Assembly (NCBI GenBank): GCA_946494335.1
Contig: CAMMBV010000016.1
Span: 847-64,846, forward strand
DNA length: 64,000 bases
Direction of reading: 5' to 3'
Origin: an uncultured Ruminococcus sp.
GTDB taxonomy: Bacteria; Bacillota; Clostridia; Lachnospirales; Lachnospiraceae
Below, in pieces: positions 1 to 12,258 of this stretch (its first letter is position 1; every line of letters begins with the position of its first letter). The notes beneath the pieces were generated by a model. It searched no databases. It had not been told where the DNA came from and was given only the letters and a program-made list of their open reading frames with translations. Position numbers and translations under genes: made by a program.

Positions 1-90
1 GAACTGTTTGTACAGGCAGACATCGATGGCGGTCTGGTTGGAGGAGCTGCTCTGAAACCAGATTTCGGAAAAATCGTAAATTACAAATAA
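1..90 (+). CDS. tpiA: Triosephosphate isomerase, C-terminal 29 codons (gene begins upstream of the window)
   Basis: Frame 1 reads ELFVQADIDGGLVGGAALKPDFGKIVNYK-stop. DIDGGLVGG(A/S)LK is the conserved TIM C-terminus. Confidence 0.75.
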   Translation, partial: ELFVQADIDGGLVGGAALKPDFGKIVNYK

Positions 91-128
91 TTGAATTTTA
101 AGGCGTACATTCGCTGATTTCATTAAAA

Positions 129-185
129 AACGCCGCTGAAAGCGTGTGAGGACATAGGATGCTCCACAAAACTTTCAGCGGCGTT
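129..185. terminator. Bidirectional hairpin between convergent tpiA and the Rpn-like gene
   Basis: AACGCCGCTGAAAG (129-142) is the exact reverse complement of CTTTCAGCGGCGTT (172-185). An A6 run precedes it, giving a U-run for the minus-strand transcript. ATATTATTT follows it on the plus strand. Confidence 0.6.
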
Positions 186-188
186 ATA

Positions 189-1070
189 TTATTTAGGAAG
201 GATGCTTACTTCTTTCATCAGTTCCTTTACTGTCTCCTCGTCCTCCTCCAGCACATCTGCAATCTCCGAAGCTGACATACCTTTTTGCAGCTTTTTCTTA
301 ATTAGTCTTAATAAAACAGATTTACGGCCTTCTTCCCAGCTTTCTTCCTTTTCCTGTCGTATATGCTTTTCAGCATTATATTCATAGATACTCACATGAA
401 TCACCTCCGATTTATTTTTGCTGAGAAAATCAGCAAGGATTCCTTCCTCAATGCATTCCGTAACGGCACGATTTACTGCTTCACTCAGTTCATTCTCTTT
501 TGTATATTTTCTTACACGGGCAGTGTATTCTGCGTAATCCCGCAGGGACTTGCATGCATCCATCAGCTCCTGATTATGGCCTTTGTTAATATTGATCATC
601 ACTGCTTCCAGTTCCAGGGCCGGATGTTCTTCCGATCGTGAAAAAAGTTCTGAAAGTTTCAGCAGCTGTGTGTCCGGCTGATTCGTCTCGCCATTATAAA
701 AGATCAAAAATCTTGGCGGGGGAATTGTTACCTTTCTGCTGCCGTAAAGATTCTCATCCTTGATCCAGGAAGAATAAAGATCTGATACGTACAGAAGAAA
801 GCGCAGAGGAAGATTAGGGTTTACTGTGGACTGGTGTTCATACAAATACAGTCTGGAATCAATCAGAAAGGACAAATCATTTTTGATTCCCATGTAAATA
901 GCGTTCTCCAGGGTATTTACCTCCAACAGTTCGGGATCGGTATAGTGAGTGCCGTTTACTGCATTATAAAGCTCCAGCAGTTTTCTTTTGTCACTGAAGA
1001 GCATGGCAAAGACGGTGGACTTGTACTGTCGGTTGACGGAAACGTTCATTTTACTGGCTAAACGAGTCAT
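189..1070 (-). CDS. Rpn/YhgA-like PD-(D/E)XK recombination-promoting nuclease / putative transposase
   Basis: 293-aa ORF. The core LYLYEHQSTVNPNLPLR fits the YhgA/Transposase_31 EHQS signature. GGAGG lies 8 nt upstream of the ATG. The C-terminal tail KKLQKG..EIA..LEE..V..L resembles the tails of the two copies at 36.9 and 47.2 kb. Confidence 0.7.
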   Translation of the reverse strand: MTRLASKMNVSVNRQYKSTVFAMLFSDKRKLLELYNAVNGTHYTDPELLEVNTLENAIYMGIKNDLSFLIDSRLYLYEHQSTVNPNLPLRFLLYVSDLYSSWIKDENLYGSRKVTIPPPRFLIFYNGETNQPDTQLLKLSELFSRSEEHPALELEAVMININKGHNQELMDACKSLRDYAEYTARVRKYTKENELSEAVNRAVTECIEEGILADFLSKNKSEVIHVSIYEYNAEKHIRQEKEESWEEGRKSVLLRLIKKKLQKGMSASEIADVLEEDEETVKELMKEVSILPK

Positions 1071-1300
1071 AAATAAAACCTCCTTTTATGGGTGCAGGAG
1101 ATTCCATGATCAGATGTGACTTTCCTTCTGTCTTTGAAATCCCGCTGCTGTAAAAATGGTAAATTGAAAGCATTGAGATTTCTAAACAGTACAGAGGCAT
1201 ATTTTGATAAAATGCCCTGAAAGAATTGTGTATTACAGAAATGATTCCATAGAAAAGATCTGTATGAAGTGCCAGAAACAAAATGCTTTTTTGCATTATA

Positions 1301-1333
1301 ACACAATAACCGGATAAATACCAGTTATTGTGT
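1301..1333 (-). terminator. Hairpin downstream of the HAD hydrolase gene
   Basis: Perfect 10-bp inverted repeat ACACAATAAC / GTTATTGTGT with a 13-nt loop, 25 nt past the stop. The U-run is weak. Confidence 0.4.
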
Positions 1334-1357
1334 TACAAAAAGTTCAGATAAAAATGA

Positions 1358-2131
1358 TCAATCCGGAATATCCATAACTCCGTTCAGGATCAGCCGGGGC
1401 CGGTAGGGATACTGGCTGACGTCTTCCCGTCTGGTCACGCCTGACAGTACCAGGGCGGTGTCCAGGCCAGATTCCACGCCGGCTATGATATCCGTATCCA
1501 TCCGGTCGCCGATGATGGCGGCTTCCTCTGAATGAACGCCCAGCAGACGCAGACCGGTGCGCATCATCAGCGGATTGGGTTTACCCACAAAGTAGGCGGA
1601 CTTTCCGGTGGTCAGCTCAATGGGAGAAACCAGAGCACGGCAGGCGGGAATGATTCCAATTTCTGAAGGGCCGGTCAGGTCTGTGTTGGTTCCGATCAGT
1701 CGGGCGCCCTTTTCAATCAGTTTTACTGCCTGAAGAATACTGTCATAATTGTAGTTGCGTGTTTCACCGATCACAACATAATCCGGATCCACGTCATTGA
1801 TGGTGATGCCGGCTTCATACAGTGCGTTCAAAAGACCCGGGGCTCCGATAACGTACGCGCTGCAGCCGGGGGACTGATTTTTTAAAAAGTTGGCGGTGGC
1901 CAGAGCGCTGGTGTAGAAATGGCTTTCCTCTACCTCCAGACCCATTCTTGCCAGTTTTTGCTGCAGTTCTTTTGGAGAGCGTTCGCTTGAGTTGGTCAGA
2001 AACAGAAAGCTTTTATTATTTTTATAAAGCCAGTCAACAAATTCATGGACGCCGGGCAGCAGAATATTTCCGTGATAGATGACGCCGTCCATATCGCAGA
2101 TGAATCCTTTTTTCTCTCTTAATTTTTCCAT
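1358..2131 (-). CDS. HAD-IIA family hydrolase (NagD-like sugar phosphatase)
   Basis: Motif I is DMDGVIYHG and the distal motif is GDRMDTDI. I moved the start to MEKLREKK (ATG at 2131) because AAGGAGGA lies 6 nt upstream. The ORF track extends to 2188. Confidence 0.8.
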   Translation of the reverse strand: MEKLREKKGFICDMDGVIYHGNILLPGVHEFVDWLYKNNKSFLFLTNSSERSPKELQQKLARMGLEVEESHFYTSALATANFLKNQSPGCSAYVIGAPGLLNALYEAGITINDVDPDYVVIGETRNYNYDSILQAVKLIEKGARLIGTNTDLTGPSEIGIIPACRALVSPIELTTGKSAYFVGKPNPLMMRTGLRLLGVHSEEAAIIGDRMDTDIIAGVESGLDTALVLSGVTRREDVSQYPYRPRLILNGVMDIPD

Positions 2132-2214
2132 GATGATGTCCTCCTTGTCATTTACATTCATTTTAATTGCACAGACAGAGAAAGGCAACGGGAAAATATT
2201 GATTTGAAATGAAT

Positions 2215-2254
2215 TTTACAAATGTTTTACACAATGAAGATAATGAATTTTACA
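2215..2254 (+). promoter_or_regulatory. Candidate PhoP-type Pho boxes upstream of pstS
   Basis: TTTACA hexamers at 2215, 2226 and 2249. The first two are exactly 11 bp apart. TATGAT at 2265-2270 is a possible -10. This matches the Firmicutes PhoP TT(A/T/C)ACA direct-repeat pattern. Confidence 0.45.
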
Positions 2255-2314
2255 ATGGGTATTGTATGATTAAGTGCGTAAGATCGAAGACGAAAAAAGG
2301 AGAGAACATTTATT

Positions 2315-3238
2315 ATGAAGAAAAGAATTGTAATGCTGCTTACAACAGTGATAATTGGAAGTGCAATGCTTATGGGCTGCGGCGGAGGAAGCGCTGAAGG
2401 TACAGATACATCAGCTGCCGGCAAGACGGCGGAAGAAGAAACAGAAGGTGCAGGCGGTGCGTCAGGACCGATTACCATCTGCTCAAGAGAAGACGGTTCC
2501 GGTACGAGAGGAGCTTTCGTGGAACTGTTTGGAATCGAAGAGGAGATCGACGGGGAAAAGGTTGATATGACCACACCGGAAGCGAAGATCACCAACAGTA
2601 CTTCTGTTATGATGACCACAGTGGAAGGTGATGTAAACGCCATCGGTTATATTTCTCTGGGATCGCTTAATGAAACCGTTACAGCAGTAAAAGTAGACGG
2701 AGCTGAAGCTACGGCGGAAAACATTGAAAACGGTACATACAAGGTAGTACGTCCTTTTAACATCGCGACGACAGAAGATTTAAGTGAAGCAGCTTCGGAT
2801 TTCATGAACTTTATCATGAGCCAGGAGGGTCAGGCCGTTGTGGCAGAAAACGGATATATTCCGGTAGCTGATGTGGAAGCTTTCGCAGGCGGAACTGCAT
2901 CCGGTGATGTAGTGGTAGCCGGTTCTTCTTCCGTAACTCCTGTAATGGAAAAACTGAAAGAAGCTTATGCCGAAGTGAATCCCAATGTAAATATTGAAGT
3001 ACAGCAGAGCGATTCTACCACCGGCATGCAGTCAGCAGTAGACGGACTTTGCGATATCGGTATGGCATCTCGCGATCTGAAGGACAGCGAACTGGAGGCC
3101 GGTCTGACAGCGACTGTAATCGCCCAGGACGGAATTGCAGTAATTGTAAACAATGACAGCGGAATTGACGAACTGGCATCTGACCAGATCAAGTCAATCT
3201 TTACAGGGGAAGTTCTGGACTGGGAAGATCTGCAGTAA
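2315..3238 (+). CDS. pstS: Phosphate ABC transporter substrate-binding lipoprotein
   Basis: Lipobox LMGCGG and a GSGTRG motif. It is the first gene of a pstSCAB-phoU array. Confidence 0.88.
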   Translation: MKKRIVMLLTTVIIGSAMLMGCGGGSAEGTDTSAAGKTAEEETEGAGGASGPITICSREDGSGTRGAFVELFGIEEEIDGEKVDMTTPEAKITNSTSVMMTTVEGDVNAIGYISLGSLNETVTAVKVDGAEATAENIENGTYKVVRPFNIATTEDLSEAASDFMNFIMSQEGQAVVAENGYIPVADVEAFAGGTASGDVVVAGSSSVTPVMEKLKEAYAEVNPNVNIEVQQSDSTTGMQSAVDGLCDIGMASRDLKDSELEAGLTATVIAQDGIAVIVNNDSGIDELASDQIKSIFTGEVLDWEDLQ

Positions 3239-3286
3239 AATCTGCAAAAGCTGTAGGTCAGTGAAGGTGAAAGGTGAGGAGATCCT

Positions 3287-4144
3287 ATGAATCAATTTAG
3301 AGAGCAGGCCATGAAGATCGTGTTTCTGATTGCAGCCTGTACATCAGTCCTCGCCGTTGCACTGATTTGTATTTTCCTTTTTGCAAACGGCATACCGGCA
3401 ATGGGAGAAATAGGAGTCGGTAAGTTTCTTCTTGGAGAATTATGGAGGCCATCCAATAATCTGTACGGAATACTGCCCATGATACTGGGCAGTATTTATG
3501 TGACAGCAGGCGCCATTATTCTCGGGGTTCCGGTTGCACTATTTACATCAGTGTTCATGGCGAGATATTGTCCAAGAAAAGTATACCCGTTTTTTCAGTC
3601 CGCCATCAATCTTATGGCCGGAGTACCCTCCGTTGTATACGGATTTTTCGGACTGGTGATGATTGTCCCCATGATACAAAATGCGACGGGAAGAGACGGA
3701 AGCACCATGCTGGCGGCTTCTGTGCTGCTGGCGATTATGATTCTGCCGACCATTATCGGAGTGACGGAATCATCGCTGCGCAGTGTGCCGGAAAGTTATT
3801 ACGAAGGTTCCCTGGCATTGGGTGCAACCCATGAAAGAAGTGTCTTTTTTACCATCATACCGGCGGCCAAATCCGGAATTGTGGCCGGAATTGTGCTGGG
3901 AATCGGCCGGGCGGTGGGTGAAACCATGGCGGTTATCATGGTGGCGGGAAACCAGGCCAGAATGCCTGCAGGACTTTTCCGCGGCGTTCGTACGCTGACG
4001 GCTAATATCGTACTGGAGATGGGTTATGCTGCGGATCTTCACAGAGAAGCATTGATTGCCACAGGCGTAGTGCTGTTTGTGTTTATTTTGATTATAAATC
4101 TGGCAGTATCATTACTGAACAGGAGGACCCATTATGGAGACTAA
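3287..4144 (+). CDS. pstC: Phosphate ABC transporter permease PstC
   Basis: Multi-TM protein with the GRAVGETMAV permease motif, consistent with its operon position. Confidence 0.88.
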   Translation: MNQFREQAMKIVFLIAACTSVLAVALICIFLFANGIPAMGEIGVGKFLLGELWRPSNNLYGILPMILGSIYVTAGAIILGVPVALFTSVFMARYCPRKVYPFFQSAINLMAGVPSVVYGFFGLVMIVPMIQNATGRDGSTMLAASVLLAIMILPTIIGVTESSLRSVPESYYEGSLALGATHERSVFFTIIPAAKSGIVAGIVLGIGRAVGETMAVIMVAGNQARMPAGLFRGVRTLTANIVLEMGYAADLHREALIATGVVLFVFILIINLAVSLLNRRTHYGD

Positions 4145-4994
4145 CAATAAAATACAGCAAAAACTCCGTGAATATGCAAAAAGTCCATCCTCAGCCATTC
4201 TTGCAGCGCTTGTCATGATCTGCACGGCAGTCACATTTTTTGTGCTGCTGTTTCTGATCGTTTTCATTCTGGTGAAAGGTGTGACACATATTACGCCGGA
4301 TCTGTTTTCCTTTACCTATACCACGGAAAACGCATCCCTGATGCCTGCCCTGATCAACACGTTGATCATGACGGCTCTTTCCCTGGTCATAGCGGTGCCG
4401 GTTGGAGTGGCTTCCGCCATTTTTCTTGTGGAATATGCGGGAAAAGGAAGCCGGCTGGTGGGGTTAATCCGTATTACAGCGGAAACGCTCTCAGGTATTC
4501 CTTCCATTGTATACGGGCTGTTTGGCCTGTTGTTTTTTGCCACCACGCTTCAGTGGGGATACTCGCTTTTGTCCGGCGCTTTTACACTGGTGATTATGAT
4601 ACTGCCGCTGATTATGCGCACAACGGAAGAAGCTTTGAAATCCGTGCCGGATTCCTACCGGGAAGCCAGCTTCGGGCTGGGGGCAGGAAAACTGCGGACT
4701 ATTTTTCGGATTGTACTGCCTTCGGCGGTTCCCGGAATACTGGCCGGCGTTATTCTGGCCACGGGACGTATCGTGGGCGAGACGGCAGCGCTTATGTACA
4801 CGGCGGGTACGGTTGCCCAGATACCAAAGAGCCTGATGGGCTCCGGAAGAACCCTGGCGGTTCATATGTATGCATTGTCCAGTGAAGGGCTTTATATGGA
4901 TCAGGCCTATGCGACGGCTGTTATACTGCTGGTGATAGTACTTTTGATCAACTGGCTGTCCGGAACACTGGCGAAACGTATTGCGAAAGGATAA
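4134..4994 (+). CDS. pstA: Phosphate ABC transporter permease PstA
   Basis: Multi-TM protein with the [10 protein letters not shown] motif. It overlaps the end of pstC by 11 nt. Confidence 0.88.
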   Translation: METNNKIQQKLREYAKSPSSAILAALVMICTAVTFFVLLFLIVFILVKGVTHITPDLFSFTYTTENASLMPALINTLIMTALSLVIAVPVGVASAIFLVEYAGKGSRLVGLIRITAETLSGIPSIVYGLFGLLFFATTLQWGYSLLSGAFTLVIMILPLIMRTTEEALKSVPDSYREASFGLGAGKLRTIFRIVLPSAVPGILAGVILATGRIVGETAALMYTAGTVAQIPKSLMGSGRTLAVHMYALSSEGLYMDQAYATAVILLVIVLLINWLSGTLAKRIAKG

Positions 4995-4998
4995 AAGG

Positions 4999-5748
4999 AT
5001 GAGCAAGATATCAATTAAAAATATGGATTTATATTATGGGAACTTCCATGCGCTTAAGGACGTGAACCTGGAAATTCAGGAGAAGGAAATCACGGCGTTC
5101 ATCGGTCCTTCCGGATGTGGAAAATCTACTCTTTTAAAATCACTGAACCGGATGAATGATCTGGTGCCGGGATGCAAGATTACAGGAGAGATCTCCCTGG
5201 ACGGTGAAAATATTTACGGAAATATGAATGTAAATATGCTTCGCAAGCGTGTGGGAATGGTGTTCCAGAAACCGAATCCATTTCCCATGAGTATTTACGA
5301 TAATATTGCCTACGGCCCAAGGACTCACGGCATCCGTTCCAGAAAAAAACTGGATGAGATCGTGGAACGCTCTTTAAGAGACGCGGCCATCTGGGATGAA
5401 GTGAAGGACAGACTGAAAAAAAGCGCGCTGGGTATGTCCGGCGGCCAGCAGCAGCGTCTCTGTATCGCCAGAGCCCTGGCGGTACAGCCGGAGGTTCTGC
5501 TGATGGATGAACCTACATCTGCGCTGGATCCCATCTCCACCTCCAAAATCGAGGAACTGGCGATGGAGCTGAAGAAAAATTATACTATTGTCATGGTTAC
5601 GCATAATATGCAGCAGGCGGTTCGTGTCTCCGACAAAACAGCGTTCTTCCTGCTGGGTGAAGTGATTGAATACGACGAGACAGAGACGCTGTTTTCTGTG
5701 CCGAAGGATAAACGGACGGAAGATTATATTACAGGAAGGTTTGGATGA
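4999..5748 (+). CDS. pstB: Phosphate import ATP-binding protein PstB
   Basis: Walker [10 protein letters not shown], signature [13 protein letters not shown], Walker B LLMDEP. Start taken as ATG 4999 (MSKISIKN); the track's TTG at 4981 overlaps pstA. Confidence 0.9.
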   Translation: MSKISIKNMDLYYGNFHALKDVNLEIQEKEITAFIGPSGCGKSTLLKSLNRMNDLVPGCKITGEISLDGENIYGNMNVNMLRKRVGMVFQKPNPFPMSIYDNIAYGPRTHGIRSRKKLDEIVERSLRDAAIWDEVKDRLKKSALGMSGGQQQRLCIARALAVQPEVLLMDEPTSALDPISTSKIEELAMELKKNYTIVMVTHNMQQAVRVSDKTAFFLLGEVIEYDETETLFSVPKDKRTEDYITGRFG

Positions 5749-5749
5749 T

Positions 5750-6403
5750 ATGCGGAATTATTTTGATATGCAGATGAAATGTCTGCACCAGGAATTAAAA
5801 GAGATGGGCGGCCTTTGCCAGCTGACCATTTCAAAAACGTATCAGCTGCTGAACAAGGGAGACCGGGAAGTTGTCAAAAGCATTGTGGCACAGGAGGAGC
5901 AGATCAATCAGAAAGAAAGAGATATTGAAACTCTCTGTCTGAAGCTTTTGCTTCGGCAGCAGCCGGTGGCATCCGATCTGCGGAAGATTTCCGCAGCTTT
6001 AAAAATGATTACCGATATGGAGAGAATCGGCGATCAGGCCCTTGATATTGCAGAGATTGTGGAGATGGGAAAGATTCTGGAAGTAAATGATACAAAGCTT
6101 TTAGGGCAGATGGCGGAAGTTACCATGGATATGGTATCCAGAAGCGTGGAAGCATACGTGGCGCAGGATCTTTTGCGGGCCCAGGAGGTCATTGAATCCG
6201 ACGATAAGGTAGATGAACTGTTCATGGAAATCCGTAAAAAGCTGATTGACAGCATTGAAGGACAGGAAATGGACGAGGAACAGATCCTTGACTATCTGAT
6301 GATTGCCAAGTATTATGAGCGAATCGGAGATCATGCAACAAACATCGCCGAATGGGTGGAGTTTTCCATTCTGGGAAAACACAGAAGCGGAAAGGAAGCT
6401 TAG
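5750..6403 (+). CDS. phoU: Phosphate signalling/transport regulator PhoU
   Basis: Two PhoU repeats, each with ERIGD (MERIGDQALDIAE and YERIGDHATNIAE). The ATG at 5750 lies 1 nt after the pstB stop. Confidence 0.88.
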   Translation: MRNYFDMQMKCLHQELKEMGGLCQLTISKTYQLLNKGDREVVKSIVAQEEQINQKERDIETLCLKLLLRQQPVASDLRKISAALKMITDMERIGDQALDIAEIVEMGKILEVNDTKLLGQMAEVTMDMVSRSVEAYVAQDLLRAQEVIESDDKVDELFMEIRKKLIDSIEGQEMDEEQILDYLMIAKYYERIGDHATNIAEWVEFSILGKHRSGKEA

Positions 6404-6603
6404 AATAGTCGTTTATTTCAGCCAGCAGGCCCCAGACCCGTCGGCTTTGCCGTCGGACGCTGCTAAAGCAGCTTTTGTCCGGGGCTTAATTGGCGTTCCG
6501 CCCATATCAAAAGAATCATCCAGTATGCCGCAGGTAAACCTGCGCATTCTTCCTGATTCTTTTGCTGCAGGCTGAACTGATATAAAATTTTCTCCGGTTT
6601 TTG

Positions 6604-6631
6604 TTGATATTTGTGAAAGAACTGATATAAT
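6604..6631 (+). promoter_or_regulatory. Candidate sigma-A promoter of the amino-acid ABC operon
   Basis: TTGATA, a 16-nt spacer, then TATAAT at 6626-6631. Confidence 0.5.
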
Positions 6632-6667
6632 ATGTAGCAGATGAAAACAAGAATAAGGAGATTGGTT

Positions 6668-7465
6668 ATGAAAAGAATAGCAGCTTTGGCCGTGATGGCC
6701 GTAATGACATTGTCTCTGGCAGCATGCGGAGGCAAATCCAAGGAGAATACCGTACATTCCGTTGATGATCTGCCGGGAAAAACTATCGGGGTTCAGCTGG
6801 GAACAACAGGCGATATCCTTTCTACTGAGTATGAAGAGGAAGACGACGGAACAAAAGTAGAGCGTTTCAGTAAAGGAAGCGACGCCGTTCAGTCACTGAT
6901 ACAGGGAAAGATCGACTGCGTCGTTATCGATGCCCAGCCGGCGAAAGCTTTTGTTGAGAAAAACGACGGCCTGAAAATTCTGGACGAGCCACTGACAGAA
7001 GAGGAATATGCAATTGCCATTGCAAAAGAAAATACAGAGCTGAAGGACAAAATCAACCAGGCGCTGGCCGAGCTGAAAGAGGATGGTACGCTGGAAGCCA
7101 TTGAGAGCAATTACATTGGCGACGAAGACACGGTAGGAAAAACACCCTATGAGTCACCGGCGGATGTGGACCGTTCCGGCGGAAAGCTGATCATGGCCAC
7201 CAACGCAGCATTTGAGCCGTACGAATACTATAAAAACAACGAGATTGTAGGTATCGATGCAGATATGGCACAGGCCATTGCAGACAAGCTGGGAATGGAA
7301 CTGCAGATTGAAGATATGGAGTTTGATTCCATTGTCAACGCTGTACAGTCAGGAAAAGCCGATATCGGCGTGGCAGGTATGACCGTTACGGAAGAAAGAC
7401 TGAAAAATATTGATTTTTCTGATACTTACACCACCGCGGCTCAGGTGATTATCGTAAGAGAATAA
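6668..7465 (+). CDS. Amino-acid ABC transporter substrate-binding lipoprotein
   Basis: Lipobox LAACGG and family-3 SBP-like sequence. AAGGAG lies upstream of the ATG at 6668; the track ORF starts at 6641. Confidence 0.85.
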   Translation: MKRIAALAVMAVMTLSLAACGGKSKENTVHSVDDLPGKTIGVQLGTTGDILSTEYEEEDDGTKVERFSKGSDAVQSLIQGKIDCVVIDAQPAKAFVEKNDGLKILDEPLTEEEYAIAIAKENTELKDKINQALAELKEDGTLEAIESNYIGDEDTVGKTPYESPADVDRSGGKLIMATNAAFEPYEYYKNNEIVGIDADMAQAIADKLGMELQIEDMEFDSIVNAVQSGKADIGVAGMTVTEERLKNIDFSDTYTTAAQVIIVRE

Positions 7466-7475
7466 GAAATGGCAG

Positions 7476-7509
7476 AACAGGACTGTTGCTTTTGGAGAAC
7501 AGTCCTGTT
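7476..7509 (+). terminator. Intercistronic hairpin (partial terminator or mRNA stabiliser) after the SBP gene
   Basis: Perfect 12-bp stem AACAGGACTGTT / AACAGTCCTGTT with a 10-nt loop, followed by ATTGTG (weak U-run). Confidence 0.5.
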
Positions 7510-7537
7510 ATTGTGCATATAAACGAAGGAGGAACAC

Positions 7538-8218
7538 ATGGCACAGAAATTTTACGATAACTTTGTGGCGGAAGACAGATGGATGTTTCTGCTGCAGGGT
7601 CTTGGAAACACTCTGCTGATTACCATATTTGCCGTGATGGTGGGTGTAGTGCTGGGCTTTTTAATTGCCATTATCCGGTCAACTCATGACAAAAACGGAA
7701 ATCTGAAGGTTTTGAATTTTATCTGCAGAATTTATCTGACTGTGATCCGGGGCACACCGGTTCTGGTGCAGATTCTGATTATCTATTATGTTATTTTTGC
7801 TGCGGTTGATATCAATAAAATTATTGTGGGTGTAATCGGATTCGGTCTGAATTCGGCCGCCTACGTGGCTGAAATTGTGCGCTCCGGTATCATGTCGGTG
7901 GACGTGGGACAGTTTGAGGCCGGGCGCAGTCTGGGATTTAATTACGTGAGTACCATGCGCTATATCGTGCTGCCCCAGGCTTTTAAAAATATTCTGCCGG
8001 CTCTGGCCAATGAATTTATCGTACTGTTGAAAGAGACATCCATCAGCGGTTACATCGGCCTGATGGATCTGACGCGCGGAGGAGATATTATCCGAAGCGT
8101 GACTTATGACGCGTTTATGCCGCTGATTGCGGTGGCGTTAATTTATCTGGCCATTGTCATGGCGCTGACTGCCGGTGTAAATAAACTGGAAGAGAGGCTG
8201 AGAACGAGTGAGCGATAA
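7538..8218 (+). CDS. Amino-acid ABC transporter permease (His/Glu/Gln/Arg/opine type)
   Basis: 226-aa polytopic protein with the typical LKETS.. EAA-loop region. Confidence 0.85.
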   Translation: MAQKFYDNFVAEDRWMFLLQGLGNTLLITIFAVMVGVVLGFLIAIIRSTHDKNGNLKVLNFICRIYLTVIRGTPVLVQILIIYYVIFAAVDINKIIVGVIGFGLNSAAYVAEIVRSGIMSVDVGQFEAGRSLGFNYVSTMRYIVLPQAFKNILPALANEFIVLLKETSISGYIGLMDLTRGGDIIRSVTYDAFMPLIAVALIYLAIVMALTAGVNKLEERLRTSER

Positions 8219-8948
8219 TCGGGTATTGATTGAAGTAAAAGGATTATGCAAATCATTTGGGGATAATGATGTACTGAAGGATCTCTCCACCGAAATCCGG
8301 CAGGGAGAGGTTGTGGCCATCATCGGTCCATCCGGATGCGGAAAGTCAACGTTCCTGCGTTCTTTGAATCTGCTGGAGATTCCCACGGACGGCACCGTCA
8401 ATTTTGAAGGGACGGATATCACTTCCCATTCTGTGGACATCAATAAAATACGACAGAAAATAGGCATGGTATTCCAGCAGTTCAATCTGTTTCCTCATAT
8501 GACCATTAAAGAAAATATCATGCTTGCTCCGGTGAAACTGGGCGTAATGAGCAAAGAGGAAGCATCTGCCAAAGCGGACGCGCTGCTTACAAGAGTAGGC
8601 CTTCCGGATAAAGCGGATACTTATCCCTCCATGATCTCAGGCGGTCAGAAGCAGAGAATTGCCATTGCCCGGGCGCTGGCCATGAATCCTGACGTGATGC
8701 TTTTTGACGAACCCACATCCGCCCTGGATCCGGAGATGGTAGGCGAGGTGCTGGAGCTGATGAAAGAGCTGGCGGAGGACGGCATGACCATGGTGGTGGT
8801 TACCCATGAGATGGGATTTGCGAGAGAAGTAGCCACCCGGGTAATTTTTATTGATGAGGGAAATATTAAAGAAGAAAACACGCCGGAGGAATTTTTCGGA
8901 AATCCGAAAAACCCCAGACTTCGTGATTTCCTTTCCAAAGTGCTGTGA
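8208..8948 (+). CDS. Amino-acid ABC transporter ATP-binding protein
   Basis: Walker [10 protein letters not shown], signature [13 protein letters not shown], Walker [12 protein letters not shown]. The GTG start overlaps the permease stop. Confidence 0.9.
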   Translation: MSDNRVLIEVKGLCKSFGDNDVLKDLSTEIRQGEVVAIIGPSGCGKSTFLRSLNLLEIPTDGTVNFEGTDITSHSVDINKIRQKIGMVFQQFNLFPHMTIKENIMLAPVKLGVMSKEEASAKADALLTRVGLPDKADTYPSMISGGQKQRIAIARALAMNPDVMLFDEPTSALDPEMVGEVLELMKELAEDGMTMVVVTHEMGFAREVATRVIFIDEGNIKEENTPEEFFGNPKNPRLRDFLSKVL

Positions 8949-8975
8949 TAAAAGAATGAAAAGGAGTAGAAAAGT

Positions 8976-11886
<2,911 letters not shown>

Positions 11887-11900
11887 ATATAAAGTTTAGA

Positions 11901-11929
11901 TTGAAATTGCCGCCTGTGTGTGGTAAAAT
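11901..11929 (+). promoter_or_regulatory. Candidate promoter of secG-rnr-smpB
   Basis: TTGAAA, a 17-nt spacer, then TGg-TAAAAT (extended -10). Confidence 0.55.
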
Positions 11930-11962
11930 ACTTCCAGTATGCAAACCACAGGAGGTGTGAAA

Positions 11963-12199
11963 GTGGATATCTTAAAAATTATTGTTACAATTTTATTTGT
12001 AATTGATTGTATAGGACTGACAATTGTAGTGTTGATGCAGGAAGGAAAAAGTCAGGGGCTGGGAACCATCGGCGGTATGTCGGATTCATACTGGGGCCAG
12101 AACAAAGGCCGTTCCATGGAAGGAACGCTGGTGAAGGGTACCAAGGTTATGGCTGTTCTTTTTATTATACTGGCTGTTGTGCTGAATATTAATTTTTAA
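11963..12199 (+). CDS. secG: Preprotein translocase subunit SecG
   Basis: Two-TM small protein with MQEGKSQGLG. I prefer GTG 11963 because AGGAGG lies 7 nt upstream. The track's ATG at 11939 has no SD and sits about at the predicted TSS. Confidence 0.75.
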   Translation: MDILKIIVTILFVIDCIGLTIVVLMQEGKSQGLGTIGGMSDSYWGQNKGRSMEGTLVKGTKVMAVLFIILAVVLNINF

Positions 12200-12205
12200 A
12201 AACAG

Positions 12206-12239
12206 ACACTCTTGTATCACAGACAAGAGTGTTTTTTTT
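12206..12239 (+). terminator. Intrinsic terminator or attenuator after secG
   Basis: 10-bp perfect stem ACACTCTTGT / ACAAGAGTGT followed by T7. Confidence 0.75.
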
Positions 12240-12258
12240 GGAATAAACAGGAGAAAAC

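Noticed and set aside
2227-2643. 138-aa minus-strand ORF overlapping the pstS start region. Similar overlapping ORFs occur across the pst genes (3770-4042, 4491-5006).
   Set aside because: They lie opposite or out of frame with well-supported pst genes, have low-complexity Ser/Pro/Arg-rich translations, and have no start context.
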